Of a DNA stretch of 64,000 nt, positions 8,863 through 19,264 are shown piece after piece. The stretch's first letter is position 1; each line of letters starts with the position of its first letter. Origin of the DNA: Candidatus Parvarchaeota archaeon (GTDB taxonomy: Archaea; Nanobdellota; Nanobdellia; WJKC01); NCBI GenBank assembly GCA_030615175.1, contig JAUWZX010000001.1:460044-524043 (forward strand). Reading direction: 5' to 3'. The notes beneath the pieces were generated by a model. The model saw only the letters and a list, made by a program, of their open reading frames with translations. It searched no databases and was not told where the DNA came from. The position numbers and the translations under genes are program-made.

Positions 8863-9842
8863 CCCTGACTGCTTTTAAGGCTTAAGTATTTGATTTGAGG
8901 AGCTATTTTCGGAGTTTTCTTATTAATTCTTACTGGGAATCTGAGGATTATGAGCCTTTTTCTCGGACCCATCACGCTGCCTTTTAGCACTACGTAATCC
9001 TTTTTTATTATTCCATAACCTTTGAATCCTCCTTTAGGATTAACTTCTTCAGGCTTGTTTCCTATTTTTAGTATTAATTTATTAAACTCTGTTCTCGTAT
9101 GGTAACCCATTTGACCGAATTGAGGCACTCTCCAACTAACTTTGCTCCAGTTAGAGCCAAGCGTTCCTGCACCCCTCTTCGTCTTCTCGCTTTTATGACT
9201 TCTTATTCCAACACCATGCCTTTTAACGCTTCCCTGAGTGCCTTTTCCTTTAGTGACTCCATTAATGTCGATTTGCATTCCTTCTTTAAATATCTCGCTT
9301 ATCCTTATCTCCTTGTCAAGCGCTTCTTTTGCGTACTCTTTCTTTTCTTCAATGGTTCCTCCAAGCCCTACTTCAAATACTTCAGGCGTCTTCTTTAGTT
9401 TTATTAGGTTTGGCTGTGTTTGAACTATTAACCTGATATCATCATAATCAGTAATGTCTTCGAATTTTTTTGAATCCTTTTTTGATTGTTTTATTTTTCT
9501 TTTAAGGTTTTTATCGAATTTTTTTGTTAAAATTTGAGAAATAGTTTTTTTGCCGTAAGGCGTGTCCTTATAGAATCGCAACCCAATGATTTTCAAGGGT
9601 GGCGCTTCAAGTATTGTTACTGGCCAGAAAATGGGTTTATTCTTTGTGGGCGTGTTCTTCCTGTTATCAATTATTATTGCATGGCTCATCCCTGCCTTAT
9701 AAGCAGCGAATCCCACTCCTCCTGTCACTCCACTCACTTCTTTCCAGTTTACTCTAGGATACTGCCTCTTCGCTCTCTTCCTGTGCCAGTACCCCATGCT
9801 CCCTCTGTGAGGTCTGTGCACGTATCCAACTTTATGTCCCAT
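8850..9842 (-). CDS. rpl3: ribosomal protein uL3 (first gene of the operon)
   Basis: HRPHRGSMGYWHRKRA...GVTKGKGTQGSVKRHG matches uL3. Confidence 0.95.
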   Translation of the reverse strand: MGHKVGYVHRPHRGSMGYWHRKRAKRQYPRVNWKEVSGVTGGVGFAAYKAGMSHAIIIDNRKNTPTKNKPIFWPVTILEAPPLKIIGLRFYKDTPYGKKTISQILTKKFDKNLKRKIKQSKKDSKKFEDITDYDDIRLIVQTQPNLIKLKKTPEVFEVGLGGTIEEKKEYAKEALDKEIRISEIFKEGMQIDINGVTKGKGTQGSVKRHGVGIRSHKSEKTKRGAGTLGSNWSKVSWRVPQFGQMGYHTRTEFNKLILKIGNKPEEVNPKGGFKGYGIIKKDYVVLKGSVMGPRKRLIILRFPVRINKKTPKIAPQIKYLSLKSSQGCRK

Positions 9843-9965
9843 TTTTTGACATTCCTAACTATTTCGAACTCATAGGTACAAATCCCTATTCTCTTAATGG
9901 AAATAAATATTCTTTTTAAAGGTTTCTAAACTACAAACAAAAAGTTTTGTTGGCTGCTGTTTTTC

Positions 9966-9986
9966 TAATAGAAAATTTTATAAATA
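9966..9986 (+). promoter_or_regulatory. BRE/TATA promoter for the gene at 10009
   Basis: TAATAGAAAATTTTATAAATA. The TATA is centred about 27 nt before the ATG, which fits a leaderless mRNA. A nearly identical 21-mer occurs at 19265. Confidence 0.55.
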
Positions 9987-10008
9987 CCTAATTCAACTTT
10001 TTATTCTA

Positions 10009-10788
10009 ATGAATGACATTGAGGTTTATAAGGAGTTATATGCGAACTTGATAGAGTATCATAAGGCTGTTGGTTCTTGCTTAGAACTCTATGTTGATGA
10101 CATTGACCTTGGCATCATGAAAATTTATTCAGATAACATTCTTGAGTTACTTTTTGATTATAATAATGAACAGACTATTTATGAAGTTATGAAGTTATTT
10201 GACCCTGATTTTGCAGAGGAGTTTAATAGTAATTTCTTAAAAAGTTATACTAATGGTTTGTTTGAATTAATCAAGAAGAGATTATATGATAATTATAATG
10301 TATTATATGACTTGCTCGTTGATGAGATTAAAATTTTAATTGGTCACGATAAGATGTTGGATAATTTCTTAATTAATTTATTAAAAGGGTCTCATGATGA
10401 TTACGAGAGGCACTTAAGTGTTAATTTTGATTTTAAGGCAGGCGATGAATTATCCTTTATTCATGATAAATTCTTTTTAAAATTAATTGGCAAGGATTAT
10501 TATCCTTTAATCAAGTATATTGATGATTTTAAGTTTTCCAAGTCAGGCAACCTGACTTTAGAGTTCCCTGAAAAAATTCCATACAGCAGGGCGGAGGGGA
10601 TTAAGTCAGAAATTCAATCCGTTATATCCAAGTTAAATGATGACAAGAATGAGAAATTAAGATATGTTTTGTCTGTTCATTTTCATTTAAGTTATGAGAT
10701 TTATAAGATGGTTCCAACATCAGTTAAGGATGCTTTAAAGAATATGAAAAAAATCCAAGACTCTTATGAAATAAATTATTTCACGTAA
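10009..10788 (+). CDS. hypothetical protein (259 aa)
   Basis: Long ORF with a well-placed promoter. No recognisable motif. Confidence 0.6.
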   Translation: MNDIEVYKELYANLIEYHKAVGSCLELYVDDIDLGIMKIYSDNILELLFDYNNEQTIYEVMKLFDPDFAEEFNSNFLKSYTNGLFELIKKRLYDNYNVLYDLLVDEIKILIGHDKMLDNFLINLLKGSHDDYERHLSVNFDFKAGDELSFIHDKFFLKLIGKDYYPLIKYIDDFKFSKSGNLTLEFPEKIPYSRAEGIKSEIQSVISKLNDDKNEKLRYVLSVHFHLSYEIYKMVPTSVKDALKNMKKIQDSYEINYFT

Positions 10789-11294
10789 TCGTCAATGCTT
10801 TCTTGCGTCCCGTAAGCATTGATATTTTTTTGTATAATAATTTTCTTTATTGGAATTAAGTAGCAGCCAAGCCTTTTATTGTAAGGGAATAATCCATTCC
10901 TGGTGTTAGGCAGTGTTAATGGGAAGCCGTCCTTTATATTAAATCCTTTATCTTGTATTGCATTCCTTATTCCTTTTAGCACTCCTTTTGTTCTGGTTTC
11001 TTTATTGCCAGTTAATTTAAATTGCTCCCAAGTTAACATGTACCTCGCTATTAACCCGTTTTCTGCATTGCTTTTTAGTTTCCTTAATAATTTAGCGTAA
11101 TTTTCGCATTCCTTCACATCCCTGTTCCGCCATGCATAGTATAATTCACTGTTAACTTTATCCATTTTTAAGATAAAGTCAAGCGTTTCAGTGTCTTCAT
11201 TAATTTTTACAATTCCAATGTAGTCAATCCCGCTTGGATTAAAGAATAATTCTAAATTATGATTATTAATCGTGAAATAAGCATTACCTGACAT
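10776..11294 (-). CDS. hypothetical protein (172 aa)
   Basis: ORF abutting the upstream SWIM-protein gene. No recognisable motif. Confidence 0.55.
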   Translation of the reverse strand: MSGNAYFTINNHNLELFFNPSGIDYIGIVKINEDTETLDFILKMDKVNSELYYAWRNRDVKECENYAKLLRKLKSNAENGLIARYMLTWEQFKLTGNKETRTKGVLKGIRNAIQDKGFNIKDGFPLTLPNTRNGLFPYNKRLGCYLIPIKKIIIQKNINAYGTQESIDDYVK

Positions 11295-11295
11295 A

Positions 11296-12759
11296 TCATA
11301 AACACCTCTGCTTGTAAAACCCCGGGGTTAACGTTATTTTTTCCTTCTTTAATTGCTCTTCTGCTATATTCTTGCGCAAGTCAATTACTGCTTCTAACCC
11401 TGATGCCTGCGGTAATGGCTGCTTTACCATTCTTATATGCTCGTCTTTAACTTGTGGTTGTTCTGCATAAACAGGTTCTTCTTTAATGCTGGCGCATCCT
11501 TCTGTGATTAATTTACCTCTCTCAATGTTGCCTGTTAGAATGCAGGTATCCAAGTATCTTTTACCTAAGTTGTCCATTCCTGCTATTAGTAATATTTGGA
11601 TTACTGGGTCTAATATTATTTCAATGCCGTACCGGTTATATAATTCATAGTCAATGCGGCTTATTTTATACGCTTTCTTCACTTCTCTTTTCATCCTCTT
11701 ATTCCAGTTACTTAATTTTTTGTAGTCCTTTACTAACTCGTCAGCATACCTTTCATGTAGTATGTAAGCGTTGAATTGCTCGAATATTGGGTTTGAGTCT
11801 CCATTTGGCAGGCTTGGCTGTTCAAGCGGTGAAAACATGGTTATTAAGTCCTCAAGCCTTGGCGACCTTGCTTTATTCTTGTCTATTATCACTTTATCTT
11901 TGTACTGCCTTTTTAACCTGTTAATTGTTTGTTTTAATTTTTCATTAACTATTCTAATTCTTCCTCCATACTTTGCTTCTTGTTCCGCTGCCAGGGCGTG
12001 AATGCACATGACTAATTCCTTGCCGCTTTGCTCGTCTTTCACGACTCTTAAACTCTGGTCAGGGCAGCCGCAGTTAATCTCTGCTGTGTGCGGGAAGAAT
12101 ATTTTCACTCTGTCCAGTAGTTTGTCAGAGTAATTATTCATTTTCATGAACCTTATTGGGTAATTTATGTTAACTCTATACTCAAGTTGTTCTTGGCGGC
12201 TCTTACTGCTTACGCGTATTGTGCCGGCATTACCGATGAATTCGCCTTTAATGCTGCATTCAAATAAGTATTTGTCATTTTTACTTATTCCCCTGTCAAT
12301 CCTGTGCTGCTCCCATTTTTTAAGGTTTGATAATTTTAATACTTCATCTCCTAATCTTATGCAGTTAGCAATTACTGTGTTCACCGGGTCCTCGAAGTAG
12401 TAGTCATTGTTTGGTTTCCTAATGTAGAACACCCAGCGCCTGTTTTCCAGAAATCGGTAATTATTAATGTTATAATCAAAGGTTTTTATCATATCATGCT
12501 CCTGTCCATTAACGTTAATCATTCTAGGCATTCCTAGCCTGTAATCTGGTGTTACTTTTGGCAGTCTTCCTTTAATGAATTTCCCTGTGTAATAATTTTT
12601 TTCTTTGCCAATATTAAATAAGTGTTCACTTACTGTTCCCGTCTTAGTATTGTCAATGATGTTCATTAACATATCCAAGCCGAAGTATCTTTCAAAAGCG
12701 AGTGCTAGTAATTCTTCTTTAGCGTACCAGCATTCCCTTGTATTAATTCTTGGAGTCAT
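11296..12759 (-). CDS. SWIM zinc-finger domain protein (487 aa)
   Basis: CGCPDQSLRVVKDEQSGKELVMCIH fits the SWIM C-x-C-xn-C-x-H signature. The rest is unassigned. Confidence 0.55.
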   Translation of the reverse strand: MTPRINTRECWYAKEELLALAFERYFGLDMLMNIIDNTKTGTVSEHLFNIGKEKNYYTGKFIKGRLPKVTPDYRLGMPRMINVNGQEHDMIKTFDYNINNYRFLENRRWVFYIRKPNNDYYFEDPVNTVIANCIRLGDEVLKLSNLKKWEQHRIDRGISKNDKYLFECSIKGEFIGNAGTIRVSSKSRQEQLEYRVNINYPIRFMKMNNYSDKLLDRVKIFFPHTAEINCGCPDQSLRVVKDEQSGKELVMCIHALAAEQEAKYGGRIRIVNEKLKQTINRLKRQYKDKVIIDKNKARSPRLEDLITMFSPLEQPSLPNGDSNPIFEQFNAYILHERYADELVKDYKKLSNWNKRMKREVKKAYKISRIDYELYNRYGIEIILDPVIQILLIAGMDNLGKRYLDTCILTGNIERGKLITEGCASIKEEPVYAEQPQVKDEHIRMVKQPLPQASGLEAVIDLRKNIAEEQLKKEKITLTPGFYKQRCL

Positions 12760-12812
12760 TAAGTTATTCTTTGAAATTATTGATTTATAAGTTTATCCAA
12801 TACTGTTTTGTA

Positions 12813-14474
12813 TTAAAATTTTATCTTGATTTTTTCTTTCACATCAATTATTTCCTTTAATCTTTTCATCTCTTTTTTCACAGGCCTCATTAAGTACATT
12901 GTCTGGGCTATTCCGCCAGCCACGCCAATCCCTGCCATGATCAGCCCTAAATTACCTTCCATTACCATTTTCGTTAATGTTTCAAGCGGATTGCTCCAGT
13001 CAGCATAAGTTGATAGAATAGTTGTATATGTTAGGATGCCGTTGGTTAATGTGCTTCCTATTGACATGTAACTTCCTATTATTGACCTGCGCCTTACCTG
13101 TTTTAAGAAGTATATTAATTTCCAGATTGACTCCTCTGGGGGAAGGTTCTTTATTTCCTCTTTGAAAGTTTCTTTCCATTTCTTGTACATTAGAGTATTG
13201 CTGCTTTTGAATAAAAGGCTTGCAATGTTGGAAGTCATTGTGGAGTAAAAAGTTAATGGACCAAGAATAGGTATGTTGTTTATTGGGGAGTCCATTGCAA
13301 CACCAGTTGTTATGAGTAGGTTGAGGGCAGACTTTACTGAACCTATTGTTCCAAGAAAGTAATTCCTGCCGAGGACGCCTGATAATCTCTTCCCCTCCTT
13401 CCCTGCCCTGTCATTAATCATTGCTTCAAGCAGTAATTCTTTCTGATGGGAGATTGACTTTAGCATGTCTTCTAATTCAGGTTCTTCAGGTTCAACTGGC
13501 TTGTCAACTAAGTATAATGGTATGAGCCCGTCTATTATTTTATGTCTTACGCTCTCGAGTTCTCTGAATTCATTTCTTAGCAATTTTTCTTTAATCCATG
13601 CAGTTCCTGTACTAAAAGCCATGCCCGTTATCGCGAGCGAATAGAATATTGTTGGTATTGCTTTCCCTAAATAGGAGTCCGGGTTTAAGATAATGGCAGG
13701 GCCTCCAAACCATGGTGATAATGCGAGAGCTAATGAGACTGACCCCATGAAGGAGCCTAAACCAATTAAAGCCCAACCCCTTGTCTTCTCTGCATGCAAG
13801 ATGTCTGATACATATGTTTTCAAATAATTAAGAAGACCTGGATGCTCTGTTTTTATTTCCATGATTGCATCCGAAACGTATTCTTTCATATTCTTTATGC
13901 TAGGAGTTGAAATCCTTTTTTCCAAAGATAACGTGTCTTTCATGTTTTTCATATATTTTTTCGTATACCTATAAAGACCAGTCAGGTGGGCTGTCAGCAA
14001 GCCTCTTCTTTTTTTCTTTATGATCTCGCCATACCTGTATTCTCTTAGGGTTTTCATGTTAGGGCTGAGTTTTTCATTATTGCCGCATAAGTCATTTATG
14101 TTGGCTAAGAGCAGCCATTCTGCTGGAACTTCAAATTTTTCATGCTCTTCATTATAAATTATGCCCATTTCTGCAAGGGTTTCATAGTCATTATTCTTGA
14201 TGGGGGTGAAAATGTTTTCTGAAGTCATTGAGTATAATTTCTTTTTCAATTTATTTATCATATTCTTGTTTATTCTTGTTGTTGCCAAAAAGTAGTATAA
14301 GTCTTCAGCATTGAGTTCTTTTTTTTCAAGGATTTCTTCTAATTCAGGTTTTTTCTCTTCAGCTAAGTGTTTGTATAGAATGTCAGCTTCTTTCCTGTTA
14401 TTTGAGAAAGAGTGGTATAGGAATAATTTGTAAGATTTTTTCCATTCAGATGCTTTATTAAAGATTTGTGGCAC
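12813..14474 (-). CDS. multi-pass membrane protein, unknown function (553 aa)
   Basis: Soluble, charged N-terminal third followed by several hydrophobic helices (WALIGLGSFMGSVSLALALSPWFGG, GLIMAGIGVAGGIAQ). Confidence 0.6.
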   Translation of the reverse strand: MPQIFNKASEWKKSYKLFLYHSFSNNRKEADILYKHLAEEKKPELEEILEKKELNAEDLYYFLATTRINKNMINKLKKKLYSMTSENIFTPIKNNDYETLAEMGIIYNEEHEKFEVPAEWLLLANINDLCGNNEKLSPNMKTLREYRYGEIIKKKRRGLLTAHLTGLYRYTKKYMKNMKDTLSLEKRISTPSIKNMKEYVSDAIMEIKTEHPGLLNYLKTYVSDILHAEKTRGWALIGLGSFMGSVSLALALSPWFGGPAIILNPDSYLGKAIPTIFYSLAITGMAFSTGTAWIKEKLLRNEFRELESVRHKIIDGLIPLYLVDKPVEPEEPELEDMLKSISHQKELLLEAMINDRAGKEGKRLSGVLGRNYFLGTIGSVKSALNLLITTGVAMDSPINNIPILGPLTFYSTMTSNIASLLFKSSNTLMYKKWKETFKEEIKNLPPEESIWKLIYFLKQVRRRSIIGSYMSIGSTLTNGILTYTTILSTYADWSNPLETLTKMVMEGNLGLIMAGIGVAGGIAQTMYLMRPVKKEMKRLKEIIDVKEKIKIKF

Positions 14475-14533
14475 GTAATTAGTTATTAATTGTAAATGTA
14501 TTAAATTCTTTGTTGTCCTCTAAAAATTAGGCT

Positions 14534-14686
14534 TCATGAGCGCGTGCGTTTTTCAATGTTAATATTTATTACTTGCTTGCTTGTTGTTAATTTCCATTTC
14601 TTTAATTCTGGTATCTGCCTGCCGCAGAACGTGCAGCAAGGATAATCGTACGTTATTCTTTCACCGCAGTAAACACAAATAGCCAT
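14534..14686 (-). CDS. small zinc-ribbon protein (50 aa; below the ORF-track cutoff)
   Basis: MAICVYCGERITYDYPCCTFCGRQIPELKK... has paired C-x2-C motifs. A TATA-like CTTAAATAATAC lies about 27 nt upstream on the minus strand. Confidence 0.4.
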   Translation of the reverse strand: MAICVYCGERITYDYPCCTFCGRQIPELKKWKLTTSKQVININIEKRTRS

Positions 14687-14732
14687 ATTACTACTAATAA
14701 GTGACTAAAGTATTATTTAAGTGTTTCGGAGT

Positions 14733-15065
14733 CTACTCTATTATTTCTGGAGGCATTTTCGGTTTCTTAAGAGCTGAGAAGTACTTCATTATAACTGCTT
14801 TCTTATAAAATATTATCATGCCTATAGCAAATAAAAGGTAAGTCAGTGCTGTTATTAGTTCATAAATAATCTTATTATTATAGAGAATGTTGATTGATTC
14901 ATTGATTATGATTAATAAACCTGATGATAATATGAATGTCCTGCCGGCATTCAAGTATTTTAACTTCCTTGTTCTCTTAAGAATTGCAAGGGAGATTATT
15001 AATCCAATGATTAATTTAATCATGTTTAGGTAAATTAGTTCATTATAAAGGATTGATGATGACAT
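14733..15065 (-). CDS. small membrane protein (110 aa, about 3 TM helices)
   Basis: Hydrophobic helices throughout. Confidence 0.5.
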   Translation of the reverse strand: MSSSILYNELIYLNMIKLIIGLIISLAILKRTRKLKYLNAGRTFILSSGLLIIINESINILYNNKIIYELITALTYLLFAIGMIIFYKKAVIMKYFSALKKPKMPPEIIE

Positions 15066-15101
15066 TTATTAATGTTGAATTCTTTAAGTATTAATTAATT
15101 T

Positions 15102-16025
15102 ATGGTCTTCGTTTCAATTGCAATACTCAGTATTTGTTTTATTCTTTTATTATTGCTTAGTAATTACTTGATTGATGGCTTAGTCAGGTTCTCAAGGAGT
15201 TTGAAGTTAAGCCTTTTCTTCATTAGTTCATTAATACTTGCTATTGGCACGAGCATGCCTGAATTCGTAAGTGCTTTTGTATCTTCATTAATTAATGCAG
15301 GTGAGTTGGGTATTGGAGTGATTATTGGTTCAAGTATTACTAATATTTGTTTAATCCTTTCAGTAACTGCCTTGTTAAGCCCTATTAAGCGGATTAAGAA
15401 GTCTGAGTTAACATATAATATTGCAGTGCTGGCTTCATCAGTTTTATTCATGGTTTTAATGCTTGACTTCACGCTTTCAAGGATTGACGGTTTAATCCTA
15501 CTAGTATCCTATGCTGTTTACTTGTATGTGCTTTACAGGAAGGAGTTTGATTTTAAGGATAATTTCAATCCAGGCCCTTATGAGAATATTTATATTATAA
15601 TTCCTGGAGCAGTATTCGGTATTTTGATTGTTGGCTGGTTAATGGTTAATGTTAGTGTTTACATTGCTGAGATTGCTGGCTTGTCGCTTGGTTTTTTTGG
15701 TTTAACAATAATGGCTATTAGCACAAGCCTGCCTGAGTTAACAACTAGTATCACTGCTTCTGTTATTGGCAAGTCAAAGATTGCTGTTGCCAACATTGTT
15801 GGAAGCAATATCGTTAATTTATTGCTTATCGGAGGTTTAGTTGCTTTAATTAATCCTATACAATTAACTTATAATCCTGCGTTCATTTTTTCATTGATTT
15901 ACATGGTCTTCGTAAGTGCTTTAATGATGTTATTAACCAGGGATAAGGATGTTACTAGGAATGAGGGGGTAGTCTTCTTAATTCTTTACATTATTTACTT
16001 GTTAGTGCTTTCAGGTATGAATTGA
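15102..16025 (+). CDS. Ca2+/cation antiporter (CaCA, YrbG-type Na+/Ca2+ exchanger)
   Basis: Two alpha-repeat signatures, GTSMPEF and STSLPEL, in a roughly 10-TM protein. Confidence 0.8.
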   Translation: MVFVSIAILSICFILLLLLSNYLIDGLVRFSRSLKLSLFFISSLILAIGTSMPEFVSAFVSSLINAGELGIGVIIGSSITNICLILSVTALLSPIKRIKKSELTYNIAVLASSVLFMVLMLDFTLSRIDGLILLVSYAVYLYVLYRKEFDFKDNFNPGPYENIYIIIPGAVFGILIVGWLMVNVSVYIAEIAGLSLGFFGLTIMAISTSLPELTTSITASVIGKSKIAVANIVGSNIVNLLLIGGLVALINPIQLTYNPAFIFSLIYMVFVSALMMLLTRDKDVTRNEGVVFLILYIIYLLVLSGMN

Positions 16026-16049
16026 AATGAATTGGAGTTATTATTTTTC

Positions 16050-16565
16050 ATGAGTGAATATTATGATGCGCTGAGCAGTGGTTATGGCGAGTTGTATAGT
16101 GAGGAGCAGTTGGATAAGTTTGAGTTCTTAATGTCTTGGCTTAAAACTTTAAAAGGTTTCATTCTTGACTTGGGTGCTGGCACCGGCTTAATCCAGAAAT
16201 TCTTCATCCCATCAGTATCTGCTGATTCAAGCATTGAAATGCTTAAGAGGAATAATAATCCTAACCGCGTGTGTTGTGATGCGCGCTTCCTGCCTTTCAA
16301 GGATGAATCTTTTAATTCACTTATTAGTGTTACAATGCTTCAGGATGTTAAAGAGAAGCGCAGGGTTTTGCGTGAGATTGCTCGAGTCTGTAAAGGCGTT
16401 ATTATCTTAACAATCCTTAAGCGTAATTACAATAAGGAGCGTCTTGATGCGTTAATGAGCAAGAACTTCGAAATCATTTACTTTGACGTTCAGGGAAAGG
16501 ATTACTGCTATTACTTGAAGCGGAAGAAGCAGGAGGAAATTAAGAGATTAAGAATTAGATTTTGA
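16050..16565 (+). CDS. class I SAM-dependent methyltransferase
   Basis: Motif I ILDLGAGTG. ATG at 16050 preferred over the TTG at 16032. Confidence 0.7.
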   Translation: MSEYYDALSSGYGELYSEEQLDKFEFLMSWLKTLKGFILDLGAGTGLIQKFFIPSVSADSSIEMLKRNNNPNRVCCDARFLPFKDESFNSLISVTMLQDVKEKRRVLREIARVCKGVIILTILKRNYNKERLDALMSKNFEIIYFDVQGKDYCYYLKRKKQEEIKRLRIRF

Positions 16566-16569
16566 TGAT

Positions 16570-17937
16570 TTATTTGCCTGCTGATTCCAGGCCATTAATG
16601 AATGTTAATACTTGTTCTTCTATTCTGTTAACATCTTCTGATAATATTTTTCCCTGTTCTCTTGCCTTTCTTATTCTTTTCATGTTGCTTAGGAATTCTA
16701 GCTGGTCCCTGTTCAGTTTTTCTTTCCTGACGAATTCTTTCTGGAATGCTTTTTCAACTTCCTTGCCAGCAATCACTCCAATAGCATTTAATGATTTCCT
16801 CATAGCGTTCTCAAACATTTTTTCAAGCCCGTCCAGTCTGTCATAAATTTTTTCTTTCTTTATTTGCTCGAATAACTTGTCCATTCTCTTATTGAATTTT
16901 TCAGCTCTTTCAAAGTGTTTCTGTAATTCAGTGCCGCTTAATTGCTTTTTTGTGGTATGCTCAATTGATTTCCTTGCTTGAATAACTTCCTCTAACCATT
17001 GAGGGTATTCCGGCTCCAGCATTTTTTCCTGTTCAACGAATATTTTCTTTAATAGTATTGGCGCTTCCCTGTAAGTCATGGGCATTACTCCGTAAAGCAT
17101 TAAAGCCGCTTGGGCTGGCATGAGCATTGCTTGGTATAACTTTTCTGATACTAATTCATTAATCTCGTTCCCGACTAATTTTAGTAATAGCCTGCCTGAT
17201 TTCTGGAAGTTCTCTATTGCTTCAGGGCTTGGCTTTATCTTTCCATGCTTTAATAATAATCTCCAAGGAGTGAATAATCCAGTATCATATAATGGGATTC
17301 CATCTCTTAGTAATGTGAATATTACTGGGCTAGCGTCCTTAATCCAGTCCCACACGTCAGTTAGTAAGTATACTTGTATTGCTCCGAATTTGGGGAATAT
17401 TTCATGACCTGCTTTGTTAATCATTGCCATTAAACGCTTCCTTGCTTCTGCCCTGCTCATATTCTTTAAGTCAGTGTCGTCTACAATAACTGCTAAGTCA
17501 ATATCTGATTCCTCTGTTGCCTGGCCTCTTGCCAGACTGCCGAATAATATTACGTTCATTATGTAGCGCTCGAATTTCTGCACTACTGCTAGTTTTAATC
17601 CTTCAGCTGCCTTCATTGCCTTCACAAACCCGTTATCATAATGAATTTCACTTGTTAGTATTGTCGCGAGTAAACTGTACTTCTTATCATATAAGGCTTG
17701 CCATAATCCTGATAATGGGAGTATTGATATTTTCTTGGCGTATGGTTTTAGTAATTTTTGCATTTTTTTAGGTTCTGCAATATCATTAATTATTACTAAG
17801 TTGTCTTTTTTTTCCTTAACTTTTAGTGTGACAACTGCGAGTAAATAATTTTTTAATGACGTCTTCATGTTCTCTATTAACTTGTTTAATTCTGTACCAC
17901 TGAGTTTCTTTTCCAAGCCTTTCTTTTCGTCTGCCAT
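16570..17937 (-). CDS. nucleotidyltransferase (Pol-beta superfamily) domain protein, 455 aa
   Basis: ILFGSLARGQATEESDIDLAVIV is the G-S...D-x-D NTase signature. Flanked by helical regions. Confidence 0.7.
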   Translation of the reverse strand: MADEKKGLEKKLSGTELNKLIENMKTSLKNYLLAVVTLKVKEKKDNLVIINDIAEPKKMQKLLKPYAKKISILPLSGLWQALYDKKYSLLATILTSEIHYDNGFVKAMKAAEGLKLAVVQKFERYIMNVILFGSLARGQATEESDIDLAVIVDDTDLKNMSRAEARKRLMAMINKAGHEIFPKFGAIQVYLLTDVWDWIKDASPVIFTLLRDGIPLYDTGLFTPWRLLLKHGKIKPSPEAIENFQKSGRLLLKLVGNEINELVSEKLYQAMLMPAQAALMLYGVMPMTYREAPILLKKIFVEQEKMLEPEYPQWLEEVIQARKSIEHTTKKQLSGTELQKHFERAEKFNKRMDKLFEQIKKEKIYDRLDGLEKMFENAMRKSLNAIGVIAGKEVEKAFQKEFVRKEKLNRDQLEFLSNMKRIRKAREQGKILSEDVNRIEEQVLTFINGLESAGK

Positions 17938-18218
17938 AAGTATAAAAGAATAATCTTAGCCCTTTATAAATGTTTTTCATAAATTTTATATTGAATTTAT
18001 TTGCGTCAAGTGTTATTATTTACTCATAAGAGTGTTCCAGAATTAGAATTCACTTAGAGCAGTAACTCTTCTTGTTAGTGCATTACTTTTCTGTATATTT
18101 TGTATAGTAAGTAAATCGCTATTGGCACTCCAATTAAGGTTATAACGTCTTGTATTCTATCAATTATTTCCCATATTTCCATTAAGTTTTTATAGTCATT
18201 AGTTGGTATTAAAATCTT

Positions 18219-18512
18219 GTGAATGCAGAGTTTTATGAGCCGGTTAGTTATGAGGATTTATTATTGAAGATTGATGAAGTGGTGCGGCTTAATAATCTTA
18301 TTAATGTCATGGTTGATGTTGAATTCAGGGATAGTTCTCTTGAAGCTGTTGATGAGATGAGGGTTAAGAGTGTTTTTAAAACGCCTAAATCATGGCGCCG
18401 TATTAGGGGTGTCTTGAAGCGTTACAGAATTTCTGATTTCACGATTACTTTCCCTGGTAAAGCCAGGATTATTCTGAAGTATGGCGATGAATTAATCATT
18501 AATGTGTATTAG
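18219..18512 (+). CDS. hypothetical protein (97 aa, GTG start)
   Basis: ORF only. Confidence 0.4.
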   Translation: MNAEFYEPVSYEDLLLKIDEVVRLNNLINVMVDVEFRDSSLEAVDEMRVKSVFKTPKSWRRIRGVLKRYRISDFTITFPGKARIILKYGDELIINVY

Positions 18513-19227
18513 GGATTTCACTTAATATTTCATCTATTCCGCTTGTGCGTTCAAATAAGTCATTTTCTCCTATACAATTAAGTATTCCTTGATAAGCTAG
18601 TTTTAGTAGGTTAGGGATTATCCGCCGAGGTTCTGCTTTGTCGCCGAATAATTTTTCTACTTCGTTAAATCCTATTTCATTTACTTTATCTAAGTAATTG
18701 AAGCATTCATGTATGTATTCATCGTCATGCGCTTTTAACTTCTCATGGTATTCTGGGAAGAATCTTACGTGTAATTCACAGCTGAAGTGTGAATGCACTA
18801 TTTCATATAAGTAATCCTTAAACCATGTTCTTGCTTTGCTTGCATGTTTTTCACTTATTGCATTAATTTCTAATGGTTCTTTTAAGTAGAATTCTGGTTT
18901 TTCTTTTATTTTATAATATTTCTTTATTAAGTTCGTTCTTTCATGTTCTTCTTTTGTTAAATCATGTTTAGTTAGTAATCCTGTTAATCCGTGGCCTGCA
19001 AGGTTTAGTAAGTTCTCTATTTTAAACCAGTCATCTTTTTCAAACCAGAAGTGTAATTCTTCATTAATTACTTCAAGTATTGATTCCATATCAGGATTTT
19101 CATATTTATTCTTAAAATAATTAATTAAGTTATGCCTTAAGTAAGTGATAATCCATGGTTTTGCTTTTTCTATTTCTTCATATTTAATGGCATTTACTCC
19201 TGGTCTTAGAATTGCTTCGCCTCCCAT
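18499..19227 (-). CDS. hypothetical protein (242 aa)
   Basis: ORF only. Helical and His/Glu-rich. Confidence 0.5.
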   Translation of the reverse strand: MGGEAILRPGVNAIKYEEIEKAKPWIITYLRHNLINYFKNKYENPDMESILEVINEELHFWFEKDDWFKIENLLNLAGHGLTGLLTKHDLTKEEHERTNLIKKYYKIKEKPEFYLKEPLEINAISEKHASKARTWFKDYLYEIVHSHFSCELHVRFFPEYHEKLKAHDDEYIHECFNYLDKVNEIGFNEVEKLFGDKAEPRRIIPNLLKLAYQGILNCIGENDLFERTSGIDEILSEIPNTH

Positions 19228-19264
19228 TATAAGGAATTAAGGATTCAGTAATTATATAGATATC

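Noticed and set aside
1748-9875. Plus-strand ORFs antisense to the ribosomal-protein operon (for example 2079-2396, 2753-3064, 4752-5111, 5341-5715, 7340-7672, 8207-8542, 9534-9875) and the nested minus-strand ORFs 7217-7408 and 8513-8695
   Set aside because: Each overlaps a confidently identified ribosomal-protein gene. Their translations are hydrophobic, low-complexity mirror products of K/R/E-rich coding sequence.
18075-18182. 35-aa minus-strand ORF (MEIWEIIDRIQDVITLIGVPIAIYLLYKIYRKVMH) in the 280-nt intergenic region
   Set aside because: It is a plausible tiny TM peptide but has no supporting promoter spacing or conservation evidence. Too speculative to list as a feature.
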